64,000 nucleotides of DNA from Iphione sp. A-MEVVRFRX5 (lineage: Eukaryota), in assembly GCA_976226885.1 (NCBI GenBank), contig OZ320313.1:159278001-159342000 (forward strand), in the 5' to 3' direction. The notes beneath the pieces are model-generated. The model had not been told where the DNA came from. It did no database searches and was given only the letters and a program-made list of their open reading frames with translations. This document shows positions 9,848 to 23,429 of the stretch, in pieces (positions within the stretch are counted from its first letter, which is position 1; each line of letters starts with the position of its first letter). Both the position numbers and the translations under genes were made by a program.

Positions 9848-10608
9848 TACAGGAAAAGGAGGTGCAGACAATATATAAATATATAGGGAAAGTGGAAGAT
9901 ACAGAATTCTAAGTGCAATCTCTTGTTTATCATACAGGAGAAAATTGGCAGTTCGCGCAGTGATCGGATGATTTTCACTTCACGAGCTGCTTAACTATAG
10001 ACATAAGTACAGTAAAAAGGAGTCTGTCGAATATGAAACCCCCAACAGAACATACCATCAAAAGTAACTGTATATGTGTTTATATGTACGTATGTCAAAC
10101 AGGGTTTGGTATGCGTATTATGGTACAAGGCCTGTGATAAGTGGCAGAACCTAAGTGTAAACTTTATAGAATAGAAATGGCGTGCACATGAGTAAGTGCA
10201 TGTCCTAATGTAAGTGCTCGTACAGCTTTAAAGGACACTGAAAAATATGACAAGTTGAACAGTAGAAAGTCAGATCGACATGTATGTACGACAAACACAA
10301 TAGTATAGTGCCTGATTGAAAAACCCTAATTCAACATGAGTGGTGGCTTACTTATACGCACAAATGAGTGACTAAAGGAACAAATATCTATCCGTAGATA
10401 AGGACAGAGGCCATTTGGGTATTTTTCTCCCACTACTCCGTTGATATCGACTGCATGATATCATTTTATAGAATCTTACCTGAGTCATAGACAAAGAGTA
10501 AAATAGTGAAGATGGGAAATTATGAAGTATAATCTATAGCAAAGTAAGACTTAAGAGACTTAAAAGACTTAAAAGGCTTGCAAGGAAAACGGACGTGGCG
10601 GAACTCAC

Positions 10609-11183
10609 CTGCCTGGTGAAGAAGGGCCATGGCATCTACGTTTCCTACCGAAGCAGCAAAGTGCATTGCAGTCCTGCCTTTAATGGGATCCTTGAAGTCC
10701 ACTTGACAGTCATCAGCTTGAAGCAGCATATGTAATAATGACAGTCGTTCGGGCTTCAATGCCGCCAGAGTTAAGGGGGTCAATCCGCGGGAATCAGCAA
10801 CATTAGGACGGGCACCGTAGGAGAGAAACAAGTAGAGACAACTCTGGCTTTGAGCCTCTATCGCCCTGTGCAGTGCCGTCCCACCAAAGGAAGCGTACTG
10901 TTCCTCAAGAATCCTCCTTCTTCCCTGGTGCCGTGTGGCAGTGGGTGCTTCCCTGTTAATCATTGGTAAGGCATTTGGAGAGACAGGGGGTAGAGTAGGA
11001 GGGGTAGTCTCTCCTGTTGCACTGGCGTCTGCCCCGGCCTGTAGCAGTACCCTGCAGATGCGGGAATCCCCTCGGGAGGCCGCGAGTAGAAGGGCCTCCC
11101 CGAGCTGCTCGTTGTCGAACTTGTAGCTCCGCAGGAGAAGGAGTACCCCATGTTCATCACCTCTGCGAACCCGTTCAGACAAC
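10609..11183 (-). CDS. ASB-family protein, exon 2: four ankyrin repeats
   Basis: ttcttccctacag acceptor and CAG|gtgagt donor; LGEALLLAASRGDSRICRVLLQAGAD, GGTALHRAIE, GLTPLTLAA, GRTAMHFAASVGNVDAMALLHQAG. The three CDS exons sum to 1635 nt (544 aa + stop). Confidence 0.92.
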
Positions 11184-12099
11184 CTGTAGGGAAGAAACCA
11201 GAAAAAAATCCACATGATATAAACCTATAACTACTACTGACAATGATGATGTTCAATTGAGTGGCCGGTTTTTAGATCCTTGTGTTCACCGACTGAAGTC
11301 AGGAGCCATGACGAGAGGGCATCTCAGGCCTTGTCAGGCGACGCGTGGCTCACCTCTGCAGGGATGGGCCTTAGTATGGTGCATTACTGCACTGAGGGGC
11401 TCCTGTCCCAGATGTGGTGCATATAGTTTGTCTGGCAAGAACAGGAGGAGGACTGCTAGCTGCTGCTGCAAGTTAAGAGGGTGGTTGCTGTTTGTGTCTG
11501 GCTGCTCTGATCCAGTGACTTTCAGAAGACCCAAGACTTTTGGATGAAATATGACCCAAAACACCCCAAACTACTACTGCTACTGGCTGCAGTATGACTT
11601 TTTATATGATCTGTTGATTCACTTATATAGCAGGGATTAAAGTGCCACTGAATTCACGTAACCAGATAAAAGTGACGGCTGGCAATGATGCACCACCGAT
11701 ATATGGCGAGGGTATGTATTAGTGCACTCCTATAATCGGGTAGGGTACGTATTCACGCACTGCTCAGCAATCGGGAAAACAAAAGCAAAGTATATTAAAA
11801 TTAAAAATCCATTTGGACTTCGTATATATTTAGCAGTGGACCTCTCCGTCTCTACTTCTTTGCTCAAACAGGGAGGACCTATCAATTAAAAATATGTGAT
11901 GTATTTACATAGACAGTATGCTGCTCCAGTAGAATATTATTTGAATTCCACTTAAGTCTTCTGTAATGTGTTTGAATCTAAGGGGAAGTACTTCGAAAGG
12001 ATTGAAATGTCTGAAAGCGCTGATTCTACAGATGAGTTAATTCAGCTGTAACAACAAGCGATAAAAAAAGTCAAGGGGATCAGTTATATAATTACTCAC

Positions 12100-12122
12100 G
12101 CGGAACCATGTGTGTCAGTCAT
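12100..12122 (-). CDS. ASB-family protein, probable first coding exon (MTDTHGSA..); whole exon 12100-12172
   Basis: aatgtttcag acceptor at 12174-12173; ATG at 12122; gc|gtgagt donor in phase 2 matches the phase-2 acceptor at 11183. Confidence 0.6.
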
Positions 12123-14379
12123 GCTAGGCTCTCCTGTACCTCCATTAGCTTCATATTACAGGTACAGCTTTCCTGAAACATTAAAATCAATTGACCTTAT
12201 GAAGTGTCTCTTGGCGTCCCCTGAGTAGTTGTTGGATAGCTCGAGTGATCCTTCTGCAACGGACTCGGGAGCCGTTGTTTGCCGGATTCGTTGGGCCTAA
12301 TATCATTTCAGCGGTTCCTGCGACCGACCTGTCCCCGAGCTACACCAACAGATCCGCAGGTAGCATTAACCAGAGAAAAAATGAAAGGGAAACAATTTCC
12401 CTAGTCAGTGGCAGTGTACGAATCCCGAGGATTACCGACCTGGGTTATTGTAAGGTTTATTCGACTGCTACATATAGGTTCGGCCAGCGCTTGGTCAAAC
12501 AGGCCCACTGGTTCTCGTCGAAGCCCAACGGGTCCGACCATTGTGCGAAGTTGTGGATATTGTAGATTATCGGAGTATGGACGGTTGTTTCTTTGAGACT
12601 GCACGCCGCGGAGGGTTCAACCTCTATGGCTTTTCAGCACAGGAGTACTATATCTGCATAAACATCCCACACCACAATGGTCGCTCGTTTCATGAGTCGT
12701 AAGAATAACTGATCTGTACGATGTTTGGTTCCTGACATGGCCTTTCTCATTCATGGTATTCCTCATTCATTGTATTTATTTACCAGTTCTTTTTACTTTC
12801 TGTGTTGCTCTTATCATTGCCTATACCTTACAAAACAGACGTACCAAAACATATCGTTCACGTAGCACCAGGCTATTACAAGGCCGTCAACCTAGGTGTT
12901 TTTTTTATTCATACGGGAAGAGAATAAAATACATGTACATTGAGCCAAAATGGGGTTCACATTCTGTTGTGGGAGATTATATTACTGTTATGTTAAAACA
13001 TTTTTTTCTTCATGCAATCGGAAGCGGACCGAGTCTTGGCCGTGGTCATAAATGTGTTTCCAACGTTCTTATATCATGTTGATACATATGCCCTTTCAAG
13101 TTGTGCAGCCAAATTACCGCGGACCAATAGAGAGGATGAACCAACGTATTTGGAGGGACACAGCTTTCCTCTCCAACTCAGGTAGACCAACAAATCGCAA
13201 TAGCTGGATACTTGGAATGTCTTGCATTCTAATTACCTTTATAAAGGAAATACCATGATGTAAAAATTTTAGCGATTCCAAGGAAATGACTCATGAGATA
13301 ATAATTCATGTTTAATAAGGAAAATAGGACTGTATGTACAAACATGTGATGCAACAATAAATAAAAGGTTATTCTATAGCTTTCCTGTACCTTTCCTTCA
13401 TCCCAGGTTCTCATATGATGTACTGAAGATTCCCTCGATATGAATTACATGTATATGATTTTTGGCCTTGGTTTGAAGCAAGCAGGATGTTTAATGACAA
13501 GGGCATGAAACGGCCATGCAGCAAAATGGCCAAGCTGTCAGCCGTATGAAATAACCAAGGTCAGATAGTATTTCATTTTTAAAAGACTATGTATTTTCAC
13601 TTAAGTATCGATTGTCTAACATCCGCTGTGTCGAAACGAACGTGACTCAATAAAAAATTCATTTCAATTCAAATTAATTCAGATATAACCACTGCTACAT
13701 GTGCAGCGTATTTAGGATGCAGTGACATCATCTTACTACTGATGTACATATAGTTCTTTTACATGCAATTATATGCTGTCAAGATAGGTCAGCATGGAAG
13801 GTATTGGATTCGGAATAGAAGTTAGGTGTGGGTCTTAGAATGAATGGATAAATTTCTGAATAGGTTCAAAGGTGGTATTCCTGTTTTGTTCAGGGAAGTT
13901 GCAGGACAGTTTAAGTTAGCTAAAGAGGTTGTGTTACCAAAACATTTTTGAGAGTCTCCATAATAACGTTGCCACAATATAGATTCATGAGGGCGCCACA
14001 ACAAAAGTACATCGTTACCACAATGTTGGCACAACATAATATTGTTAGCTGGGTACTCCTTACTGTGATCATTCATAGTTTCGTAGTTTCTGATTTGGAC
14101 AATCAATTTCATTTACCACAACCAGACATTGGTACCTTATCTCTCTCAGAGTGAAGGTGGGACAGATGCCGCCCTTCGTAATGCTCTGCAAGCATACACA
14201 ATTCTGAATCAATCGTGGATGTAACACCTACAAGGCCACACACCGGTGACACTGGAATTTCATAACCTAGTGAAACTAAGCTATGACCAAAGTCTCACTG
14301 GGAAAAATTGTAAAGTTTACAAAGGTGTCTTACGTATTCATCTCATAGCATGTCTTCACACTTTTAAACTTCATGGTAT

Positions 14380-14621
14380 TGTAGTGGACTGCGGCACACT
14401 GAGGCCCTGGTGCAGAGTGCAGCATGTGACATGCGGCACAGTGCAACACTGGGGCAGAGTATGGCACTCTGGGGCCCCCAGGGGCTATATAAGGACTGGC
14501 CCTGGGGGCCTGGGGTTGTTCTAGGAGAGAACTCTGCATTGTGCTGTCTTATTACTTCAGCAATAAAGCTGCATCTTTTTCATTTTCTGAGTCAAGTCCT
14601 TACTCCGTAGAGGATACTACA
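14380..14621 (+). mobile_element. Solo LTR (242 bp), probably Gypsy-like
   Basis: TGTAGT...ACTACA inverted termini; TATATAA at 14486-14492; AATAAA at 14562-14567; 4-bp flanks GTAT/ATAT as an imperfect TSD; GC-rich island in AT-rich surroundings. Confidence 0.78.
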
Positions 14622-17600
14622 ATATATAGATCCATCATATTTACCAATCATAACTAATCACATTATAAATCATTACATTCACTATAGGCCTACGTTGTTT
14701 ACATTTCATACATGTGTGAGTAGTATACAAGCCACGTACTGGAATCATCTGCATCATTTGTATTCTGTCTTCCAGTGGAAATAAATTCCTAAAAATATAG
14801 AACCAGCCCTAATGGATGGCACTTAACGTGATCCTGTTTAATCACGTAGCAACAAGCAGCATCACACTTCCTGAAAGTTCCTTTGAGCCCCCACAGGGCG
14901 ACATTAAAAAAACAAAACAGAAGGACCAGAACCCTCAGGGTTAAGGGGGTGGTTGTCCCATGTAAATAGAAGAATTCCCAGGTTGGTGGAATCAGGGACA
15001 TTTGAGGCGGCGGAGTCGGAGCAGTAATTTGGAGTCCTATCTAGACACCCATTCCTCTTTTCTCGTAAGATTATACTATGAGAATTCTCCTTGTTGATTT
15101 AAACAAAAATGCCAATTGTCTCTCTATTGGGAACACACCTTTCCACTCTTCATTCGGTGAGTATCTATGCTGCTGAGAGTAAAGCATAAAGACCAGTTTT
15201 ATCTGTTCTCTATATCCAAATAAGGCAAGCAAGTGGTTGAAAAGGTAGGTGGCAGCACATAGAGTACATGATGCCTACTCTCACAGATGGCGCAGTCTTC
15301 ATAACGCAACGTTGGTATTTTTCTGTTAAAGGTTGCTTATGGTAGTAATCTATATGACCCTGGAGTATCTTGAAAAAAAGACAGGTAAGAGTTCAAGACC
15401 ACGTGGTCAGTTGGATTATTATTTAGTGTGCAAGGAAGAATTGCCAATGTTGACAATCTTGTAGCATTGCTCAGGACTGGCAAGTTTGAGCGCTGTCATT
15501 GCAAGCAGCCAGCTGCAGGCAGGCCAACTGTCGTGGGCTCTGCAACGTCCTCTACAGTCGGTGATTGAAAGCACTGTCAAAGCCCAGTCTATGCATATTT
15601 TTACGTTACTAAATAATCATAGGGGTGACATAATATCAACTCTTCTTGTTGCTAGATATGACGTTCTGTTTAGACCTTAACATAGGCCTACATACAGGTG
15701 TTTAGTAATTATGCTGTGGCTGTACATAAATTAGGAATGCAATTACACGTGCATTCTAGCTGGAATGTACGCTACGATATGGTGCTAGTAAGATTGACAA
15801 GAGCACGTTTTATCTAAATCAACTGTTAAATAACGTCATGAAATGTACCAGTTATCATCTCGTTTATGTTTTAAAGGTTGGCCCTTTAAATACGAAAGAT
15901 CAATACACATAAATAGACAAGAATACGCATTTGCATATAAGATAATCGGTTAAAATGAATAAGAATGGAACTACGGATTGGTTATATTCCAATTACTTTT
16001 ATTCATAATCTTCAAGGCATGTCTTGCAAAATGGCGTAAATGAAAAAGAAGACTTACTCTAGAAGATTCTAGAAAAAATAGTTCGCCAGATGTACACCTA
16101 CACTGGACAGATATTTACTTCTCTCATATTTATTCTCAAAATAATTGAGATAAGTTGGTACTTTCTTAATGTAGGTAACATCATATCAGAGCCAATGTTT
16201 CCCATAACTGTTTTGATCGATAATGTATTAGACCTATACTTTTTGTTTCTATCTTGGGTGATCCGCCTTTCTGGGTCTATCTTTTATAAACAGACCATAT
16301 TTTTATTTGAGAGATCCAAGAACGTGCCCCATCTGTAACTAACTGAATCACCTGGGCTGTGTTCACTGTAAACTATTATCAGAATACTTTCAATACCAAT
16401 AGTAATACAATACGCTTTTGGTGTAGTTGATGAAACAACATAAATGGCGGGGCGCGATGCTACTAAAAATGTCACAATGCGATAGATACACGAGGCATAC
16501 GACTCTCTCCAAGAAACTAATCTTCCTCAAATTTACATGTATCTATAGTATTTCACATGCCATCAATTCAAAATTACTGTATTTTTTCCATGAGGAAATG
16601 GGACCAGAAATGAGTATTAAAATAGAAGTACAAACACACGTAGAGTTACATAGCATGTACATTATGTCATATGCCAGCATTTCTTTGGCTAGAAAAAAAA
16701 GAATCAATAATATATGTACAACATAAAGATCTTAGTAAAAGCATCGTTATATAATTATTTACATTTTCTGAAATCAACTGCACCTTAGTGACGCTCTGCT
16801 CTTATAACCCATCTCAAGAGTTGTTTCAGCATAGAAAAGTATTCAATAAAATATAGGCCAAATGGGTTGTAAGATTACACATCCCTCTCAACCTCTCAGC
16901 AGGTTTATATATAATCATCTTCAAAGGATCCTAATATTTCTGTGGTTATATCCCTTTGGTTGATTATACAAAACCTGAACCTTTTTTTTGGTACTACACT
17001 AAACTACATATTGAATTTTCTCCTTAAAAACAGCGATGCCTATGTCTGACATTGCTGTTTATCTGCAATCCATGAAATGGTTGAGATGAATGAGAACAGA
17101 CGACTGCAGCAACAGGAATATGATCTTGTAACACTTATCACGATCAGGTAATCAAATTGTCACTTGGAGGCATGTCAAAGATATTGGTTATGTACACATA
17201 TGTTTTCAGGAAAAAAAGGAAAGCATCACCCACCCACATGTGACCATAAGGTGGCTTCTTCGGACTTGCAGACCGACATTTCGTACGGTTATATATACGT
17301 CGAAACTACATCTTAGTTCAGCTATGTTCTTGAAGTCTCTGGAACAAATGAACATTGGGACTCCCATCTGGAAGGTGGGTGTCGGTATGTTTATAGGTAT
17401 TGGGTGCTAAGATGGGCCCTGTTTATGCCTTTAATACCGACAGCGACCTTTCTTAGACTTTATTTAGCATCAACCAGCAGCCACTTTGCGCTCGAGACAC
17501 ACAACACATGACGAAGGCCCAGTGACCAGAACTAAACGTTGACCGGGGCTTTAAAAAAACACTTGGCACCTTGCCAACATAACCACCACACGTCCTATGT

Positions 17601-20600
17601 TCATATGGAACATGGTATAGAAAAGATGTCCACTCTCTTACACTACATAGAAACAGGTCGCATGGAATCCGCATGTATATATATACATATAGATATGTAG
17701 ACACCTTCATGGTAACAATGAGATTCTCCAGTGGGAGAATACTATGCGGGTTGGGTGCTGTTCCGCATAAGGATGCGTTCGCCTCCTGAAAATCAAGACC
17801 TGCTACTCCTATCTGAGGCAAGAGTCCTATAATATATAGGGTTTCCACACTCGGTCGTGCATTTCCGATATTGTGCACATGGTACTGACACGATGGCTCG
17901 TGTTTCCGCCTGGGCTACGAAACGTAGGCCTACATATCCGCCCGTTCTCTGTGTGTGTAAATAACATGTTGCACTTCGAAAAAAAACCAGGAATACTTAT
18001 CATGTCTGTACGAGGTATACGCGCACTTTAACATAATTCAAGAGGCTATACACAAGATAAGAGGATCATGAAAGGAATCTTCCTGATTTAGAATATATAT
18101 GTACACGTAGTGACATCTTTTAACCAATCTCTTTGGTGAGGAAGATCATAACCTGACTGTCAAAATGGAAACGGTTCGAAAAAGGTAATTTTAAATCGTA
18201 TTCACTTTTTTTTAAACGTAAGACTAATGGACCGAATAAATGAGGGTCTGAAATCCTATGATTCTAAACCCGAACAGATGATCAGTTTCTAAAACATAGT
18301 CTTGTAATCACCACATCAGTCATCATGCTTTCATAGAACGGCGACCATTGACAACAAAACAGCGATGGCTCACATTAAAGGCATTTATATAATTTAGGGC
18401 AACACAGGTTTTCGGGTGAGCATTGAGTATGGTATCATACGGCTGGGTTCGGAGTAAGACTAAACAGAATAGCCTCATATTAAGGTACGACGCTCTTGTG
18501 CAATATTCATAATATGACTGGCCCTAACACAGGCCGGCTCGGGCATACCGCACTCACCACATTAGTCATGATGATTAATCACAGAAAAATGCTAACAGTC
18601 GATTGAGCAAAGACCTGCAGAATATAGAACCATTAGCAATGAACGAGTTATTTGTTATGTGAATGTGCAGAGCCGCCTGTCTAGTTTTAGTGGAGGTTCC
18701 TCGGACAATCGTGTTTACATTTTAATCAAAGTAAAGCGGACATAATGACTGTATGGCAAATTTCTGAACGTATGATATATTTTTGATATAGTGCGCACAT
18801 CTCACAATAATTTTTATCAAAACAACCATCTTTCCCAGTTTATAATATGCTATACATGTATATGTCTATAGCATTTGAGGGCCACCACTCGAGACTCGAG
18901 TGATCGTGTAGAAGAACAACTTTAGACGGCAAATCGTTACTATATTGAACGCTACATACCGAAACACTGTGATCGTTTCTCGGGCCAGAAGAAGTATGTG
19001 TAGTTCCACTTTTATCGTACCCTCTTCAATTAGAAAACACTGGGATGAAAATTTCCGAAATTAGGACGCTAGGTTAGCAGTTTGTATGTCTAACACAAAG
19101 AACTGCCGGCATCGGAATTTGTTTAGGTCATTATATTGAATGATTACATGATTACCTAAAGTATATTCTACATCTTTGGTAGTAAGACATGGTTAGCTAT
19201 GGTAGTTATGCTTTAGTTTACAAGGAAAATATATGCGTTTTTTGTGCTCTTGAATAAAATACCAAACATAATCTGTTAGAGATCGTACACATCGTGAATG
19301 TTGTGATTCCGAAATATTAACTTATTGAGTCATTTGGGGGCAAAACGGAATAGACGTTAAAATTGACACCACGCTTACACTCAAACTCATTGTATACTGG
19401 GGTAGGGAATGACATGGGACCGTCAGATTCATCAGCATCCACTCACGTCCCATATTATATGAGACTGAAGAAAAACTATAACTTACACAACATATACAGT
19501 CTAATTTCGCTATATTTACAAATGCCATTTCATTATACAAAGTGGGTAGCCCTTTGACAACCGTCAGTATTATTTCTCAATTGCAGCCCAGGGTGACAAG
19601 GCCATTTTTGACTTACATATACTTGTTTCCAGGTCGACTGAAGTTTCCGTGGCTGTTACGTATTGGCCTTCTGTCGCTCCTTAACAACGTTTCACATTTA
19701 CATTTACATACATCTGTAGAGTATGTTTATATCTACATAGTCAAGACTCACCGGTGATATTCCCTCGCTTTCCTCTGCCTTTTTCATTTTAGAGTTTGTT
19801 TCTTTTCTAATCGTTATTGACGAGACGTTACTGACTACCCATGCTTTTTTTAAAGGGACGGGCGTCACGTGATCGCCCCTCGTACAACCCGCTCTACAAC
19901 CATTTTACAACTGGACCATCCACATAAAATGTACCAGAACAGCTTCAGCAGCGACATGTTCAGAAAGTCTGTTAACTACGTATTGTTTCTGGTGGCTCGT
20001 AGGGAGAACCTAGTACAGGCAACTGTCTGGTCTTATGTGTGGCAATATGCCATTTGTTGCCCTCAGTATTTTTTTTCTGGCCCACTGTCCTGGCTTTTAG
20101 ACACAAAGGACTTCACTGCTCACCTTGTTTTGCGAGCTACGTGAGTTCCAGTGAATGAAGTCCTCTGTTTTCACTAGAAATCCGATTGCGTCAGCTTTGG
20201 TGAGCAATGCAGTGTTCCCAATGGCGATGCGAAAGATTCCTTTTTGGGACAGTGTATTGCTCTGATAGGTTAAACTGTATATACCTATCGTCTTCATCTA
20301 TGAATGACTCGAACCCTCAGATGTCTTGGGTAAAGCCTTACTTATACGCCTTGTCAAGAAATTCACCTTTAAGCGTTGTAAGACTTTTTGAACGAAGCCA
20401 AAAAAGGTTGCCGGACAGTCACTCCAGTGTTTTCATAGCCTTCCTCGTCGCAAAGTCAATACACATTTGCGACATTTTTTATTACAAAGTCAGTTTTAAA
20501 AGGAATACAATATTTCTCTATCTAGTCATTTATACTCCATCCTCTCCACTCAGCATGTGCAGTTGGATATATGTCTCTGAAGGTGTGGTGTGGTACTTAT

Positions 20601-21441
20601 ACATATCCCGGTCATACTTGTCGATGGCACAGCAGCCAGGCCGATAACGAAATGACTGCTGAAGCTATACTGATGCTTTTATCTCTATGCGATCCACTAG
20701 TTATTTGTTTCGACGTCCCCGATGCATCTGGAGAGTAAAACACAGTGAAAACCATAATTATCGGTCTTACCAACTGCATTGAAATACGAAAATCTTATTT
20801 GATGCTACAGAGAGAACGATTACATCTGGATAAATATATATATATACATACATACATGTATAAATATATTGATATCAACTTTGAGAATTGAGTACTTACA
20901 TTTTAGTCGTAATTATATGTGGATTAACAAAATCAAATTTTCGGTAGGTGTAGTAAGAACATTGCCAGGTAAATTACCGAAGCCATGAAGACTGAGGATA
21001 ACTACCTCAAAGTGCATTATTCTAAACAACATCGCCATGCAAGGTGCGTGCAAGAGGATGAAGACACAGGGAGAATGAACCAAGCAACATAGGTGTCTTG
21101 CATTGAATTCAACACAGACGTTATGTGGGTTGAATAGGATTTCAATTAAAAGGGACATGACGATGTTCATAATCCTCTTTTTTTTTAAAAAAATACAAAT
21201 TTAAAAACTATTCATTGATTGAACCAACTTCGTATTCCGCGATAAAGAAAAACGGAAGGCGTCTTTGTAAGAAAAAATGTAAGTAGAGAATATTGATTCA
21301 TGGTGTTTATCGCATGACTGGTCACCCCTTTTGTGGCGTTCTGAAAAGGGTTTTGCAATAGGGTGGTGTATATAAGCTTCCCTCTGTGACAAGAAACAAA
21401 GCCATGGAAATAAAGTATTCGAAGGCACATACGTTATCTCT

Positions 21442-21574
21442 CTAAAAGCCGGAAACTACACGCAACCGTGCACGCATTATAACTAGGACTATGGAGGCGA
21501 AGAAGGCAATAAAGTGGCAGTATTTAGAGATTGTTAACGGCGAGTAGGTGTCGGAGGAAAGCATCGTTTCAGAG
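21442..21574 (-). CDS. Candidate terminal exon of the Ig gene, hydrophobic tail (SETMLSSDTYSPLTISKYCHFIAFFASIVLVIMRARLRVVSGF*)
   Basis: Strong cctctttttttctag acceptor, but phase 2, so it needs a phase 1-to-2 linker exon (candidate 23047-23116). Confidence 0.35.
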
Positions 21575-23429
21575 CTAGAAAAAAAGAGGCGGCTTCTACA
21601 CAAAGTGTCAGATGGAAGGCCGTGCAATCAATGTACTCGGGGTCCACAAATGTGCATACAAATAGTCCCTCTTCTAATTGACCGAATTTAGAATACACAT
21701 TCACACTGTACACATTAGGAGTCGATCAATACTTTTCAATTGGTCAAATTTGTCGAACTCTACACTGAATAGGTACATGCCAATACAAAATTGTATACAG
21801 TCTGGTCAAAGCATGTCTGCACTACAGGAGCTCAAAGGCCACGTTTTCTTCTTAAAGCAGAAGACAGGGTAGGAATAACTATAGTTCCTTGCACTGTGAC
21901 CAGATTACTTACCCTGCTCACCAGACCTGTGCATCATGAAATCTTTAAAAGAAATAGAGTAGACGGTGAGATTTTTCTGGGAATATGCTATTCTGTTTTT
22001 TTTTGGTATATGCCTTGAAGCTCTTTTTAAAGATGCAAAAGCACAATTTGTGGACCCCAGCCGTACACCAGTGTATGTATAGGGTAGGACAGGGTAGGAT
22101 GGAGACCGTTGTAGCACCGCCCAGGAAAATTGGCCTGGCGTACATATATTCCAATAGGCCCAAACTGCGTTCGTGGAGTACGTGTATCTTATTATGTGGC
22201 GCTTTGCCAAGTACATAATGTATTCAGTACGGATTTCTTTGTTTGTGCAATTAGTCTTTAGAGCTGAATCACAGGGACTCCTGGTAAACTTTTGCTTTTA
22301 TTTTCAGTGATTGTATTCTTATATGTACACCAAGCTTGACATTAGACGTCTCTTGAAACGGGGGAAAAAGAAGGTGTGTTATCGGGTTTCTATGGTGCAA
22401 CTATCAGCAGCATTTCTTGTCATGGAGACGATGACCAAAACATGTTAGGGGTTGATTGCGGAAGTCTTGTTTTATAATAAACTTGTAATGGCTTACCACT
22501 CCTCTTAACATTAGATGCTGACACTGTAAAGCAGGATACATATAAGCAAAATTAATTTAATGTCATTAATACAAATCTTCACGAGGGTTTATAATACAAA
22601 AAAATAATTTTACTGAGTCAACCTACCAGCAACTACAATGAAGGGTATAGCATACTTTTTGTTAATTTTCATTTACAGTTTTTGCATACTAACAAGCATC
22701 CAACACAAGAAGAATTTATGTAGACAGCAGAATGTCTAGGGAAACTTTACACAAGAAACAAAAGTTGGCAACATATTTTGAACTCTTCAACATAAATACA
22801 TGTGTAGATGGGACTGAGAAGTTAAGAGAGTGCAGCAGTATAAACTCAGGTAAATGCAGTCTACAAGGTTAAACCGAATAGAAGATAAAGCAAGATGTAG
22901 AGATATCGCATGCATTAAGTGACCGGTATACATGTATATATATGCGATTACTTGAGTGTGGATAGTTAAGCATTGATATTTCAAAGTATTACAGGAGTCA
23001 AAGACATATTTTGGCCAATGCAAAGCTAGTTCACAGTTTTACTTACGTATATTGTACATAAGTAAACATATGGCAACCAGTTATTTCGGAAGAAGCGGAA
23101 GTAAGCGAGAAAACGTCTTTTAAAGGAAAAAAAACTGTGTTTTAATGATATGAACAGCTTCAGAAATATGTGAATTTTCACGAGTTTCAGGCATTGTGCA
23201 AACATAGGTATATCAAAACAATCAGTAGCGAGCTTTCTACCAGAATGAACACAGTAGAATATAAAAGCATGGCCAAGAGCTGGAAGTATAGAAGAGGTCG
23301 GGTTTGGGAGATGAGGCGAAAAAGGTAGAAGGTGAAGAAGGTTGGGGGCTGGCACCTCCAGGATCGATTTCCGTTTGCGGTGGGGGCGGAGGTTGGGCCG
23401 CCACCTCTGCTGGTTTGAGTTTTACTCAC

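Noticed and set aside
12457-12693. 79-codon - strand frame with an in-frame TGA after Cys (selenoprotein?) and a P450-like H..W.DP..FD stretch
   Set aside because: No SECIS identified, no splice support, and the motif matches are too short.
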